The position numbers and the translations under genes are program-made. Below are positions 27,432 to 36,679 of a stretch of DNA of 64,000 nt, in pieces. Positions within the stretch are counted from its first letter, which is position 1, and every line of letters begins with the position of its first letter. The notes beneath the pieces were generated by a model. It did not search any database. It worked only from the letters and a program-made list of their open reading frames with translations, and was not told the DNA's origin. This DNA is from Candidatus Moraniibacteriota bacterium (GTDB taxonomy: Bacteria > Patescibacteriota > Minisyncoccia > Moranbacterales > UBA1568): positions 565,458 through 629,457 of the forward strand of contig JAUSGT010000002.1 in assembly GCA_030648835.1 (NCBI GenBank). The letters run 5' to 3'.

Positions 27432-28142
27432 TCAAGAGACCAGTCCGATTACGGCCACCATTGCCTCAATCTTCTCTGGCTTATCGCGACGGTAAGAAAA
27501 GTATTTTTCGGAAAGACAAGAGGTACATTCACCGGAATCGGAAATCATAACGATGCCGTTTTCTTTCAGTTGTCGATAGATAATTTTTTTGATATCGAGA
27601 AAAAGTTGTCCCTCCTTTTTCAAAATGGCTTCCGGATAATTTTCAAAAAGAACGGCTCGCTCAGGAGGGATAAGGTAATGCTTTTGACAAATGCCGGGCC
27701 CGAGAGTGACAGCTATACCAAGAGGATCACTTCCCTCTTTTTTCATCAGTCCGAGCGTATCCGCTACAATATTTTTCACCGCTCCTGACCAACCGATATG
27801 AGTCAGTCCCATCATCTTTTTTTTCTCATCATAGAAATAAACCGGGTAACAATCGGCGACGGTGATAGCGAGCGCCACCGCCGGATCAATAGTGACGAGA
27901 CCATCGGTTTCGAGAATGTAGTCCGGGGAGTCATGGTCGACAATGGCGACGTGATTTCCATGCACCAGATGAGCGGCAATCACTTTCTTTCCATCCAACC
28001 CAACTTTTTCAAAGTATTGTTTCCGATTCTCGATATTTTCAGACAACCAGTCTTCTCGTTTTGGCAAAAGTCGCATCGAACCATCTTTCTTTTCCGAAAG
28101 GACAGCAATAATTTCCGGAAATTGTTTGAAAAAAGCAAACAT
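27432..28142 (-). CDS. Peptidoglycan editing factor PgeF / YfiH (DUF152) family
   Basis: HGNHVAIVD, ADCYPVYFYD and THIGWSG motifs. Confidence 0.7.
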   Translation of the reverse strand: MFAFFKQFPEIIAVLSEKKDGSMRLLPKREDWLSENIENRKQYFEKVGLDGKKVIAAHLVHGNHVAIVDHDSPDYILETDGLVTIDPAVALAITVADCYPVYFYDEKKKMMGLTHIGWSGAVKNIVADTLGLMKKEGSDPLGIAVTLGPGICQKHYLIPPERAVLFENYPEAILKKEGQLFLDIKKIIYRQLKENGIVMISDSGECTSCLSEKYFSYRRDKPEKIEAMVAVIGLVS

Positions 28143-28143
28143 C

Positions 28144-28713
28144 TTATAAACTTAGAAGTTTACGGAATTTTTCTTTTTCTTTCGGGTAGAGGCGCATACG
28201 ATACAAATAAACCAATAAGTCCTTATGCCGAAACCTTTCATCTTCAGTAAGCAGCAAAAAATTTTCAAAGTTTACCAAAATATTCTCTATCTTTTCTCCG
28301 GCATCCAGATTTGGTTTCCCCGTCACTCGGCAATTTTTCGCTATAAATAAATGATTTTCCCAATCCATATACCCATGGGATCCGAGGACTTTCCACAGGT
28401 GCCAATTGCTACTCTCCAGTCCGGTTTCTTCAAAAAGTTCTCTTTTAGCCGCTGTCAAGATATCTTCACCATCGTCTACGAGACCGCCTGGCATACTGAC
28501 AAAAGATTTTTTGCGGGGCTGCTCTTGATTCTGAATAACTATTCTGCCGTCTTGCACGGCAATAATAGTAACCGATGACCGCCGTTTTATATTTTCAAAT
28601 GTAGCCTTTGAACCATCGAAAAGCTCCTGCTCCCACTGATATATTTCACAGCGCTTACCTTTAAATACCAATTTTGAATTTTTCGGAAGTTTTGTCATAT
28701 CCTCTATTCCCAA
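28144..28713 (-). CDS. NUDIX hydrolase
   Basis: Nudix box GGLVDDGEDILTAAKRELFEETGL. Confidence 0.7.
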   Translation of the reverse strand: MGIEDMTKLPKNSKLVFKGKRCEIYQWEQELFDGSKATFENIKRRSSVTIIAVQDGRIVIQNQEQPRKKSFVSMPGGLVDDGEDILTAAKRELFEETGLESSNWHLWKVLGSHGYMDWENHLFIAKNCRVTGKPNLDAGEKIENILVNFENFLLLTEDERFRHKDLLVYLYRMRLYPKEKEKFRKLLSL

Positions 28714-28744
28714 ACTTGTCAGAAAAAACCAAAATTAAATTCTT

Positions 28745-28984
28745 CTACTCCGGACCGCCGTAGATGTTTTCGATAGTGGCAAGAAGACGGTCTATTTCTT
28801 TTCCTGTTTCGGTATTCTTCGTCAGAAGCTGCGCCGTCCGCAACATTCTTTTCACTTCCTCGCGTTCACCTCTGTCAAAGAGCCCACTTTCAAGTGACTC
28901 TTCCACTCGGGCAATCAACCCCTCCGCAGTTTCATTCCCCACTTCTTCCGCTTCGATTTTTTCATTTGGATTTTCCGGATGCAT
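28745..28984 (-). CDS. Hypothetical small acidic protein
   Basis: 79-aa ORF (MHPENPNEKIE...). Start chosen to avoid overlap with the upstream gene. Confidence 0.3.
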   Translation of the reverse strand: MHPENPNEKIEAEEVGNETAEGLIARVEESLESGLFDRGEREEVKRMLRTAQLLTKNTETGKEIDRLLATIENIYGGPE

Positions 28985-28988
28985 ATTT

Positions 28989-29285
28989 CTATTCTTTGGC
29001 TTGAAAACCGATGACAGTAGATGGGGCTTCCGACACTTTGACATTTCCAAACTGCGCTTCGTATTTTTTTAAATTCTCGGCCATCGCGACGGCCATTCGC
29101 TTGAAATGTCCGGGAGAAACAATTACACGCGCGTTGAGTGTCCCTGTCGGCGGAAACACGTTCATAAAATCGATAACGAATTCTTCCTTGGTATGGAGGA
29201 TATTCGCCATATTCGAATACAGTCCTCTCAATACTTCATCCGTCGCTTTGATTTGAATTTGATTCTGCTGCGGTTGTTTATCCAT
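28989..29285 (-). CDS. DUF3467 family protein
   Basis: LYSNMANILHTKEEFVIDF...GHFKRMAVAM resembles DUF3467. Confidence 0.5.
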   Translation of the reverse strand: MDKQPQQNQIQIKATDEVLRGLYSNMANILHTKEEFVIDFMNVFPPTGTLNARVIVSPGHFKRMAVAMAENLKKYEAQFGNVKVSEAPSTVIGFQAKE

Positions 29286-29286
29286 A

Positions 29287-29784
29287 TTATTTCTTTAAAA
29301 AATTTCTTAATTTCTCGGCGGCTACCTTCACTTCCGCAATGATCTCCGGAGTTTTCATATTTTCTCGAGCATACCGTGAAGCGGGTCGCACAGAGCTTAT
29401 TCTATCACCGAATTTTTCCACATCATTCATCCATTCATAACACGGCATAAACCAGACATGAAAGTGATGTTTCGTACTCTCTTCCTGAACGAAATAGATG
29501 GTCTCAATGCCAAGAACTTCACGCTGTGCCTTGCGAATCTTCCGCACCAACGCAATAAACTCTGTCGCTTCCTCATCTGTGAACTCATCAAAACTTTTTA
29601 TATGTCTGCGCGGCGTCAGTATCACGAATCCGGGAATAGGGTTGGCATAGTCCTGATGGCAATGAAAAAGCTCCGTCGTGAGAACAAGACCTGGCACATC
29701 CTCTCCGCTTTCATTATACCAGCATCCCATACATTCCATTTCCCTTTTCACTCCCGTGAAATCTTCAGCGATTCTTTTTAGCAT
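29287..29784 (-). CDS. HIT (histidine triad) family hydrolase
   Basis: HHFHVWFMP histidine triad plus N-terminal Cys pairs. Confidence 0.6.
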   Translation of the reverse strand: MLKRIAEDFTGVKREMECMGCWYNESGEDVPGLVLTTELFHCHQDYANPIPGFVILTPRRHIKSFDEFTDEEATEFIALVRKIRKAQREVLGIETIYFVQEESTKHHFHVWFMPCYEWMNDVEKFGDRISSVRPASRYARENMKTPEIIAEVKVAAEKLRNFLKK

Positions 29785-29799
29785 AAATAAAATTATTTG

Positions 29800-30558
29800 T
29801 TACTTTATAAAAACCATTTGTTTTTGAAGCCCGGTGGTGATGTGGAGTTTCATCTTTTCATCGATGTAGAAGTCAATTTCACTGCGGATGCCGAATGCAC
29901 CCGGGATATAGATGCCCGGCTCGATGGTATAACCGAGATTCAGTTTCAATGGTTCGTCGCCTTTCTTATTGATATTCTTGTCCGCACCATGGGGTGAACG
30001 CAGCCCGATGGAGTGGCCGGTGGAATGCAGGATATATTTCCCCAATCCCGCTTTGCGTATTATAGCATTGGCCTTTTCATTCACTACCCTGCCCTCCGGT
30101 AGTTTACCTTCCTTCGCGCAGCTTTTAATAAAACTCACTGCGGCATCCCTTGACTGGAGCACCGTATCAAAAGCTCGCTGTATTTTGGTTGGTAAAGTTT
30201 TTCCATAATACGCCATCCATGTAATATCCGCGTACGGATAGTTTCTTTTCTTCGATCGCGCCCAAATATCAATCATTATTAAGGTGTTCGGTTTCAAGAT
30301 GGCCGGTTTCTTGCCAATAGCATAGTGTGGCAGTGCCGAATGTTCATTGAATGCCACAATCGGCAGTCCCAAACACGACTTGAGATTATGTTTCCTAAAT
30401 TTCATCAGGATAAATTTCTGCACGCTCCTTTCCGTGACAATCTTCTCTTTCGCGATAAATACAAAAACTTCCCGGACAATCCCTTCCAAAACATCCGCCA
30501 CCTCCTTGTGATTCTTTATCTGCTCATCTGTCCACACCATATGTTCCAATATAACCAA
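29800..30558 (-). CDS. M24 family metallopeptidase (methionine aminopeptidase-like)
   Basis: Pita-bread fold motifs DIWARS, HSTGHSIGL, EPGIYIPG. MAP type I-like size. Confidence 0.6.
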   Translation of the reverse strand: MVILEHMVWTDEQIKNHKEVADVLEGIVREVFVFIAKEKIVTERSVQKFILMKFRKHNLKSCLGLPIVAFNEHSALPHYAIGKKPAILKPNTLIMIDIWARSKKRNYPYADITWMAYYGKTLPTKIQRAFDTVLQSRDAAVSFIKSCAKEGKLPEGRVVNEKANAIIRKAGLGKYILHSTGHSIGLRSPHGADKNINKKGDEPLKLNLGYTIEPGIYIPGAFGIRSEIDFYIDEKMKLHITTGLQKQMVFIK

Positions 30559-30592
30559 AAGCGGAGGAAACCCTCCGCTCTTAGTATACTCC

Positions 30593-30841
30593 TTACTCCT
30601 TTAGTTCGACTGCTGCGCTACCTTCTCGCTGGCAACAGCTCTTGCCGTTTCCGCATTTCAATCCGCAGAAACCGGTATAGGAGAGAAAGCCGGCCACTGC
30701 GAGTCCTACCCAGCTTATCCACATTGGGACTACCAAACCGCCCATAGATGCCTCAAAGCCGGTTACGATGCGCGTTAAATGAAGAACGGTAACAACCAGA
30801 AATATGGTCGCTGTTACTGTCACGTATGTGTGCTTATTCAT
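30593..30841 (-). CDS. Hypothetical small membrane protein
   Basis: 82 aa with two TM helices and a C-terminal Cys cluster (CGLKCGNGKSCC). Confidence 0.35.
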   Translation of the reverse strand: MNKHTYVTVTATIFLVVTVLHLTRIVTGFEASMGGLVVPMWISWVGLAVAGFLSYTGFCGLKCGNGKSCCQREGSAAVELKE

Positions 30842-30869
30842 ACAATTTACTTAATTAATTACAAATTAT

Positions 30870-32798
30870 TTATTTTTTGTCCTCAGACTTCGCCTCTGGC
30901 GTCGGTTCTGTTTCAGCTTCTTTTGGTTCAGTTGACTCACCACCTGCGGCGGAGCCTGATTGTGCTTCTCCGGTAGGGGCTGAGCTTGTCGAGGCCTGAG
31001 CGGCTTTGTACAACTTCTCCCCTATTTTCTGTGCAGCAGTCGAGAGGGCCTCAGTCGCTTTCTTGATAGCCTCGAGATCATCGCCGTTTTTCACTTTGTT
31101 GAGTTCGGTGATAGTTTCCTCAACCGGTTTCTTCTCATCAGCGGTCAATTTGTCACCCGCGTCTTTCATCGACTTCTCGGTCGTGTACGAAAGACTGTCC
31201 GCCATATTGCGCGCTTCGATGAGTTCCTTCTTGCGTTTGTCTTCATCGGCATGCATCTCGGCATCCTTCTTCATCCGCTCAATCTCATCTTTGGAAAGTC
31301 CGGTGGATGATTCGATGCGAATAGATTGGGATTTATTCGTCGCTTTATCCTTGGCCGTCACAGAAAGAATTCCGGAGGCATCGATGTCAAATGTCACTTC
31401 TATTTGCGGGATACCGCGCGGTGCCGGTGGGATACCGTCCAAAATAAATTGTCCGAGAGATTTGTTATCTCCTGCCATCTCGCGTTCGCCTTGGAGAACA
31501 TGGATCTGCACCGATGGCTGATTGTCGGCAGCAGTCGAGAAGACTTGGGAACGGGATACCGGCACGGTCGTATTGCGATCGATGAGCGGTGTTCGCACGC
31601 CACCCAGTGTTTCGATACCGAATGTGAGAGGTGTAACATCCAAAAGAAGCACATCTTTCACGGAGCCTTCGAGTACTCCGCCCTGGATCGCTGCGCCGAG
31701 CGCCACCACTTCATCCGGGTTCACCGTAATATTTGGTTTCTTGCCAAAGAATTTCTCGACACTTTGGAGTACAAGCGGCATCCGTGTCATACCCCCGACC
31801 AGTACAATTTCACTCAAATCTTTCACATCAAGCTTGGCATCGGCGAGCGCCTTCTTTACCGGGCCAAATGTCGCCTCGACGAGATCGCCTACCAGTTCTT
31901 CCAATTTGGCACGGTTCATCTTGATAAGCATATGTTTTGGTCCACTGGCATCGGCTGTGATAAACGGCTGATTGATTTCCGTTTCATTGGCAGTCGAGAG
32001 CTCGATCTTGGCCTTCTCCGCTGACTCCTTGATACGCTGAAGCGAGAGCGGATCTTTGCTCAAATCAATACCTTCCTGTTTTTTGAATTCGTCCAATATC
32101 CAATGAATAATCCGTTGATCGAAGTCATCGCCACCCAAGTGCGTATCACCGTTGGTCGATTTCACTTCGACCGTGTCTTCGGCAACTTCGAGGATGGAAA
32201 TGTCAAATGTCCCACCACCGAGGTCATAGACCGCGATTTTTTCGTCTTTCTTTTTGTTGAAACCGTACGCCAAAGCGGCGGCTGTCGGTTCGTTGATGAT
32301 ACGACGCACGTTGAACCCGGCGATTTCACCGGCTTCTTTGGTCGCCTTGCGTTGTGAATCGTCAAAGTAGGCCGGTACAGTAATGACCGCGTCGGTAATC
32401 TTCTCACCGAGTTTTTCCTCCGCATCCGCCTTCAGTTTGCCGAGGACCATCGCAGAAATTTCCTGTGGCGTGTATTCTTTGCCACCCATCACGATCTTCA
32501 CGCCTTCTCCGGCCTGAATAATCTTGTAAGGAAGCGTTTTCTTGTCACGCTGGACTTCTTCATCGTTGAAATGCCGTCCGATGAGACGCTTCACAGAAAA
32601 CAGCGTGTTCTCCGGATTGGTGACACCCTGGCGCTTCGCAAGCAAGCCCACCAGGCGCTCACCGGTCTTCGAAATCGCTACCATCGAAGGTGTCGTGCGA
32701 TTGCCTTCCTTGTTTTCGATAATATTGGGAGTCCCACCTTCCACAAACGCCATCGCGGAGTTGGTTGTCCCCAAGTCTATACCTAATATTTTACTCAT
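30870..32798 (-). CDS. dnaK: Molecular chaperone DnaK (Hsp70)
   Basis: [19 protein letters not shown], acidic C-terminal tail. hrcA-grpE-dnaK synteny. Confidence 0.9.
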   Translation of the reverse strand: MSKILGIDLGTTNSAMAFVEGGTPNIIENKEGNRTTPSMVAISKTGERLVGLLAKRQGVTNPENTLFSVKRLIGRHFNDEEVQRDKKTLPYKIIQAGEGVKIVMGGKEYTPQEISAMVLGKLKADAEEKLGEKITDAVITVPAYFDDSQRKATKEAGEIAGFNVRRIINEPTAAALAYGFNKKKDEKIAVYDLGGGTFDISILEVAEDTVEVKSTNGDTHLGGDDFDQRIIHWILDEFKKQEGIDLSKDPLSLQRIKESAEKAKIELSTANETEINQPFITADASGPKHMLIKMNRAKLEELVGDLVEATFGPVKKALADAKLDVKDLSEIVLVGGMTRMPLVLQSVEKFFGKKPNITVNPDEVVALGAAIQGGVLEGSVKDVLLLDVTPLTFGIETLGGVRTPLIDRNTTVPVSRSQVFSTAADNQPSVQIHVLQGEREMAGDNKSLGQFILDGIPPAPRGIPQIEVTFDIDASGILSVTAKDKATNKSQSIRIESSTGLSKDEIERMKKDAEMHADEDKRKKELIEARNMADSLSYTTEKSMKDAGDKLTADEKKPVEETITELNKVKNGDDLEAIKKATEALSTAAQKIGEKLYKAAQASTSSAPTGEAQSGSAAGGESTEPKEAETEPTPEAKSEDKK

Positions 32799-32845
32799 AC
32801 TTTTATTATTACTAAAATTATTATTAATTGAAATTATTTTTCTCT

Positions 32846-32915
32846 TGTCATTCCGAGCTCGTCGAGAAATCCCGTATTATTTATTCTGAGATCCTTCGAC
32901 TTCGCTCAGGATGAC
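32846..32915. repeat. Imperfect palindromic repeat element (copy 1), core CTGAGCGAAG..CGAAGGATCTC
   Basis: Arms TGTCATTCCGAGCTCGTCGAGAAATCCC and GAGATCCTTCGACTTCGCTCAGGATGAC in the grpE-dnaK spacer. Related to the copies at 35367 and 60047. Confidence 0.55.
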
Positions 32916-32917
32916 TG

Positions 32918-33562
32918 TCAGGAGCTGACAGTCACTTTCGCTGGCCTAATAACTCTCTCTCCAAATTTGTACCCCTTCTGCAAAACTTTTGCTACTGTAT
33001 GCTGTTCACTTTTTTGTTTCTCATCCATGCCTTCTCCTTGCTCCTTGCTACTTTCTACTGTGTCCAATGCCTCATGTATCTTCGGATCAAATGCCTCGCC
33101 TTCCTTCACCTCTATCGTCTGTATGCCATTGTCGGTCAGTACCGTTTCCAACTGCTTCTCAATGTACTGAATACCGACGACCCAAGGACTATCTTTCTGC
33201 TCTGGTGGAACGTGCTGAGTGGCGGAACGGAAATTATCCAACACCGGAACGATATCGAGCACCAATTTCTCTATGAGATACCCTCCAAGTTCTTTCTGCG
33301 CTTCCTGTTGGCGTTTCTTATAGTTCTCAAAATCAGCCCGACAACGCTTGAGATCATTCAAATATTCTAGAGCCTTTGTTTCCCCTTCTTCTCCGTGTTC
33401 TTCTTTGCTAATCTCATTCGCCTCGGCTTTCGTTTCTTCTTCTCCGGCATTGTGAGAAATCTCGCTTCTGATTCCTTCTTCTTGATTCTTGATTATTGAT
33501 TCATCTGTATCATCGTGCGAAACATTTTGGACAGGTTCTTTACTCTTCATTTTTTGTGTCAT
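32918..33562 (-). CDS. grpE: Nucleotide exchange factor GrpE
   Basis: Coiled-coil ADFENYKKR segment and C-terminal RVIRPAKVTV. Confidence 0.85.
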   Translation of the reverse strand: MTQKMKSKEPVQNVSHDDTDESIIKNQEEGIRSEISHNAGEEETKAEANEISKEEHGEEGETKALEYLNDLKRCRADFENYKKRQQEAQKELGGYLIEKLVLDIVPVLDNFRSATQHVPPEQKDSPWVVGIQYIEKQLETVLTDNGIQTIEVKEGEAFDPKIHEALDTVESSKEQGEGMDEKQKSEQHTVAKVLQKGYKFGERVIRPAKVTVSS

Positions 33563-33566
33563 ATTT

Positions 33567-34340
33567 TTATCTTATTAAGTAAATTATATTGCCGGTGAAA
33601 ATAACAACGAGCGAGGAGCTGAGGAGCTTCTTCATATATTCGATAAGGGACTTGTTCTTGGCATACTCCATCCGTTTCGGTCCAATAATAGCCAGCATTC
33701 CCTTTTCTCCATCGCGATTCTTGTACGGCGCCACGATCATGGAACAATTATCGATACCCGCGATAGGGTTTTCTTTACCGATATATATGTGTGTCTCACC
33801 GTCTTTCAGTTTTACCATCAGCCCGTCCAATTTTTCATCCAGCGTATCGAGTGTTTCGACAAGACGGCACAATTCATCTATTTCCCGAAATTCCGGTTTC
33901 TCAATCAGTTCCTTCATACCGAAGTCATAAAAGTCATTGACACCGGTGCTCGAAACCGCCAGATTACCGGAAAGAACGGAAAGCAGTTTGGCAGTGGTCC
34001 GCCCCAGACGCACATGCTTGGCTTTGAGCAGCAGAAGTTCTTTTTGCAAATGTTCTTGATCACGGCGTGAAAGCGTTTCTTCTCCCATCATTTCTTCGAC
34101 GTAGATCCGATAGCCTTTATCGGTCGGGATGCGTCCGGCAGACACGTGTGGCTGATAGAGATACCCTTCCTCTTCGAGTGTCACCATATCGCTTCGGAGC
34201 GTCGCCGCGCTGACCGGAAAATCAAAACGTTCCAGAAGCGCCTGAGAACCCACTGGCATAGCTGTCTCCGTGTAGAGATTCACAATGGCAGAGAGAACTT
34301 GTTTTTGACGCTTGTTCATTGTTTTAGCTTCATTAGTCAT
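33567..34340 (-). CDS. hrcA: Heat-inducible transcription repressor HrcA
   Basis: N-terminal winged helix (QVLSAIVNLYTETAMPVGSQAL) and HrcA C-domain. CIRCE lies upstream. Confidence 0.85.
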   Translation of the reverse strand: MTNEAKTMNKRQKQVLSAIVNLYTETAMPVGSQALLERFDFPVSAATLRSDMVTLEEEGYLYQPHVSAGRIPTDKGYRIYVEEMMGEETLSRRDQEHLQKELLLLKAKHVRLGRTTAKLLSVLSGNLAVSSTGVNDFYDFGMKELIEKPEFREIDELCRLVETLDTLDEKLDGLMVKLKDGETHIYIGKENPIAGIDNCSMIVAPYKNRDGEKGMLAIIGPKRMEYAKNKSLIEYMKKLLSSSLVVIFTGNIIYLIR

Positions 34341-34373
34341 CTAAAAAATCACACAAATTTTTTATATATTTCC

Positions 34374-34402
34374 ATTATAAATACCTATTGGCACTCTGTC
34401 AA
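34374..34402 (-). promoter_or_regulatory. Sigma70 promoter of hrcA operon overlapping CIRCE
   Basis: On the minus strand, TTGACA (34402-34397) sits inside the CIRCE spacer, then a 17-nt spacer, then TATAAT (34379-34374). Confidence 0.5.
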
Positions 34403-34414
34403 GTAGAGTGCTAA
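34388..34414. promoter_or_regulatory. CIRCE operator (HrcA binding site)
   Basis: TTGGCACTC-N9-GAGTGCTAA matches the TTAGCACTC-N9-GAGTGCTAA consensus with one mismatch. Confidence 0.8.
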
Positions 34415-34433
34415 CCCAGTAAAGTATTCGAAA

Positions 34434-34460
34434 GGGGTGTCACATGTTCTGTGCACCCCT
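34434..34460 (-). terminator. Rho-independent terminator ending the small-ORF cluster (minus strand)
   Basis: On the minus strand, GGGGTG...CACCCC hairpin followed by TTTCG. Confidence 0.4.
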
Positions 34461-34533
34461 GTTCTTATGTGGCCGTTGCCACGCGTGAGCCCATTGGCTC
34501 GATCAGTTTATAAATTTTTCGATGTCATACGCG

Positions 34534-34764
34534 CTAGTTTCTCCTCTTTTTGATACATTCGTTGCAACAGCGCATGCCGCAAACAGGATGGGCTCCGTCG
34601 TGATGATCCCTCGCGATATCGACGGAAACCCTCGTTCCTCCGCTGATACGCAGGCAGACCACCACTATCGTCTCTTCGGATTCTTCACCCGTTGTTTTGC
34701 CCGTGGTCCTGGCATGAGTTGCTGACCTTGGCTTTTTCTTGTCTACTGCTGTTCTCGCTATCAA
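34534..34764 (-). CDS. Small basic Cys-rich hypothetical protein (ORF D, TTG start)
   Basis: SD AGGAGA lies 6 nt upstream of the TTG start. 76 aa ending ...HPVCGMRCCNECIKKRRN. Confidence 0.4.
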   Translation of the reverse strand: MIARTAVDKKKPRSATHARTTGKTTGEESEETIVVVCLRISGGTRVSVDIARDHHDGAHPVCGMRCCNECIKKRRN

Positions 34765-34864
34765 GATGATTCTCCTCTGTGATATTCCTACTGAAACCGG
34801 GAGCTTACATCACTCCCCATTCTTTTTGCCACGGCAGACCCTATTCTTCTGGTTGCCGGTGCAA

Positions 34865-35086
34865 TCACTGACACAGCCCTCCACAGTCATGATCGCAAAG
34901 TTCGCCTTCTTTGTAGTGAGCTTCTCTCGCGACGTGGGCCGGGATGCTACGAAACGTTCCATCCTTCTTGGTTTGATTCTTCTTGGGGATTCCGGAAAGA
35001 AAAACCGCGCACACGATCTTTTCATCGTCTGAGTCGCCAGGTTTTGGTTTAACAGCCGCCGCGGCTGTCGCTTTCGTCGTCATGTG
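34865..35086 (-). CDS. Small Cys-containing hypothetical protein (ORF B)
   Basis: SD AGGGAGAG precedes the ATG. The start overlaps the stop of ORF A as ATGA. 73 aa ending ELCDHDCGGLCQ. A second frame here also encodes a Cys motif. Confidence 0.4.
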   Translation of the reverse strand, partial: HMTTKATAAAAVKPKPGDSDDEKIVCAVFLSGIPKKNQTKKDGTFRSIPAHVAREAHYKEGELCDHDCGGLCQ

Positions 35087-35274
35087 GCTCTCCCTAATTT
35101 CCTGATTGTTGCGGTTGACGATCGGCTCTTCTTCGTAGAAACGCCGACTACTTTTCGGCAAACTGCAGATGATGCGCGAATCTTGGCCGGCTTGCCAAGC
35201 CGCGTAGGTATTCCCGCAAATGCCAGGTTTATCAACCGCCCCAGCAGTTCCGTTTCTCTTTTCGTTCTCGCCAT
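35080..35274 (-). CDS. Small basic hypothetical protein (ORF A)
   Basis: SD GGAGGA lies 6 nt upstream of the ATG. 64 aa, Arg/Lys-rich (MARTKRETELLGRLINLAFAGIP...). Confidence 0.45.
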   Translation of the reverse strand: MARTKRETELLGRLINLAFAGIPTRLGKPAKIRASSAVCRKVVGVSTKKSRSSTATIRKLGRAT

Positions 35275-35366
35275 CTTCGTTCCTCCATTATGAAAAAACC
35301 ATTGGGATCATACTACTGACTGATTGTTAATGAACCGTTTAGTACTTCTTGAAAAAATCTTGCTTC

Positions 35367-35446
35367 TGTCATCCTGAACGCAGTGAAGGATCTCTATCAA
35401 TAGTCCATAGCGCTCCACGAGATTCTTCGCTCTGCTCAGAATGACA
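35367..35446. repeat. Imperfect palindromic repeat element (copy 2)
   Basis: Arms TGTCATCCTGAACGCAGTGAAGGATCTC (35367-35394) and GAGATTCTTCGCTCTGCTCAGAATGACA (35419-35446) around a 24-bp centre. Confidence 0.6.
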
Positions 35447-35451
35447 CAAAA

Positions 35452-35688
35452 TCACGGTACCGGATCATAGCCTCCGTCATTCCACGGATGACACCGTAAA
35501 ATACGTTTCAACCCCAACCAACCTCCCCGTAGGACGCCATAGCGCTCTATGGCCTCATACGTATAGGCACTGCAGGTCGGATGAAAACGACAGAAGCGTT
35601 CCCCAAACAGTTTCCCAATAAACCCATGCTCAAAAGAGAGAGTTTTTTGGTAAAACCTTATAAGTGAAAGTACGAGTCTTTTCAACAT
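35452..35688 (-). CDS. yidD: Membrane protein insertion efficiency factor YidD
   Basis: [10 protein letters not shown]...[19 protein letters not shown]...[17 protein letters not shown]. Start set at the internal Met to give approx 79 aa. Confidence 0.7.
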   Translation of the reverse strand: MLKRLVLSLIRFYQKTLSFEHGFIGKLFGERFCRFHPTCSAYTYEAIERYGVLRGGWLGLKRILRCHPWNDGGYDPVP

Positions 35689-35717
35689 ACTGAGAGCATA
35701 GTCCTTGCCGGAACACT

Positions 35718-35747
35718 TTGTCAATAATGCCTTTTCACTGCTATAAT
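35718..35747 (+). promoter_or_regulatory. Putative sigma70 promoter of corA-like gene
   Basis: TTGTCA, 18-nt spacer, TATAAT. AGAGGG SD-like before the ATG at 35771. Confidence 0.45.
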
Positions 35748-35770
35748 AAGAGGGCTCAGATAAAAATAAA

Positions 35771-36679
35771 ATGAAAATCCTCAAACACAAAAAAATAACA
35801 TGGATTGATTTTGAGAACCCGCAGAACGATGACATCACCTATCTGCAGGAAAATTTCAATATTCATCCGCTGGCGGTAGAGGAGCTCGTCACCCCTACCT
35901 ACCAGCCCAAAGTTGTCCAATACGACAATTGTCTGTTCCTTTCCATTCATATCCCCCTCTTCGATGTGGAACATCGGACGACCTATTCCGGCGAACTCGA
36001 TATCATCTTGACTGAGCATCACCTCATCACCAGTCACCGCCAAAGTATTTATCAGCTCACCAAGTTTTTCGAAGACTTGGAAAAAAGTGAGGGTAAGCGA
36101 CGGCTGAGTCTGGAAGCCACCCCGGCGCATCTCCTCCACCAGATCATCGCCATTCTCCTCAATTCCTGTTTTCCTCGTCTCAACCACATCAGCGAGAAAC
36201 TAGACTTCGTCGAGAATCAGGTCTTCGCGGAAAAAGAAAAAGAAATGGTTTTTGAGATTTCCGTTCTCAAACGCGACATCCTCAATTTCCGCCGCACCCT
36301 GAAACCCCAGCGCTCCATCCTGGAATCTATTCTCCAGAAAGAACACCCGTTCATTCCGGCGGAGACGAAAATATATTTTCAAGATATGATCGGTACCAAT
36401 GTCCGTCTCTGGAACATCCTGGAAAGTCAGAAAGAGACCATCGAAGCGCTCGAAGCCACCAACAATTCCCTCCTTTCCAACAAGCTGGAGCTGACGATGA
36501 AAGTGCTCACCATCTTCTCCGCTATCCTCCTCCCCATGACTGTCTATTCCAACATGCTTGCGATGAGCGCTCAAATTCCATTCGGACATAACCCAAATGC
36601 CTTCTGGATTCATTTTAGCCTCATGATATTTCTCTCTCTTATCACTATTACTGTTTTTAGGAATAAAAAATGGCTGTAA
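35771..36679 (+). CDS. CorA-family divalent cation transporter with noncanonical AMS in place of GMN
   Basis: CorA architecture with two C-terminal TM helices and tail FRNKKWL. The loop reads [10 protein letters not shown] where YGMNFE is expected. Confidence 0.75.
   Translation: MKILKHKKITWIDFENPQNDDITYLQENFNIHPLAVEELVTPTYQPKVVQYDNCLFLSIHIPLFDVEHRTTYSGELDIILTEHHLITSHRQSIYQLTKFFEDLEKSEGKRRLSLEATPAHLLHQIIAILLNSCFPRLNHISEKLDFVENQVFAEKEKEMVFEISVLKRDILNFRRTLKPQRSILESILQKEHPFIPAETKIYFQDMIGTNVRLWNILESQKETIEALEATNNSLLSNKLELTMKVLTIFSAILLPMTVYSNMLAMSAQIPFGHNPNAFWIHFSLMIFLSLITITVFRNKKWL

Noticed and set aside
31006-32024. Several 150-230-aa ORFs on the plus strand
   Set aside because: Antisense to dnaK. 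The Ser/Ala/Arg-rich composition is typical of shadow frames of a highly expressed gene.
34810-34890. Separate 26-codon ORF MTVEGCVSDCTGNQKNRVCRGKKNGE as an independent gene
   Set aside because: Overlaps the 3' end of ORF B in another frame and has no SD of its own. Treated as a possible frameshift or alternative frame within the small-ORF cluster rather than a separate feature.
35756-36187. 143-aa minus-strand ORF that would lie upstream of yidD where rnpA often sits
   Set aside because: Overlaps the corA-family gene on the opposite strand and has no RnpA-like basic signature. Rejected as a shadow ORF. No rnpA or RNase P RNA motifs (GGAAAGTCCGGGCTCC) were seen nearby.
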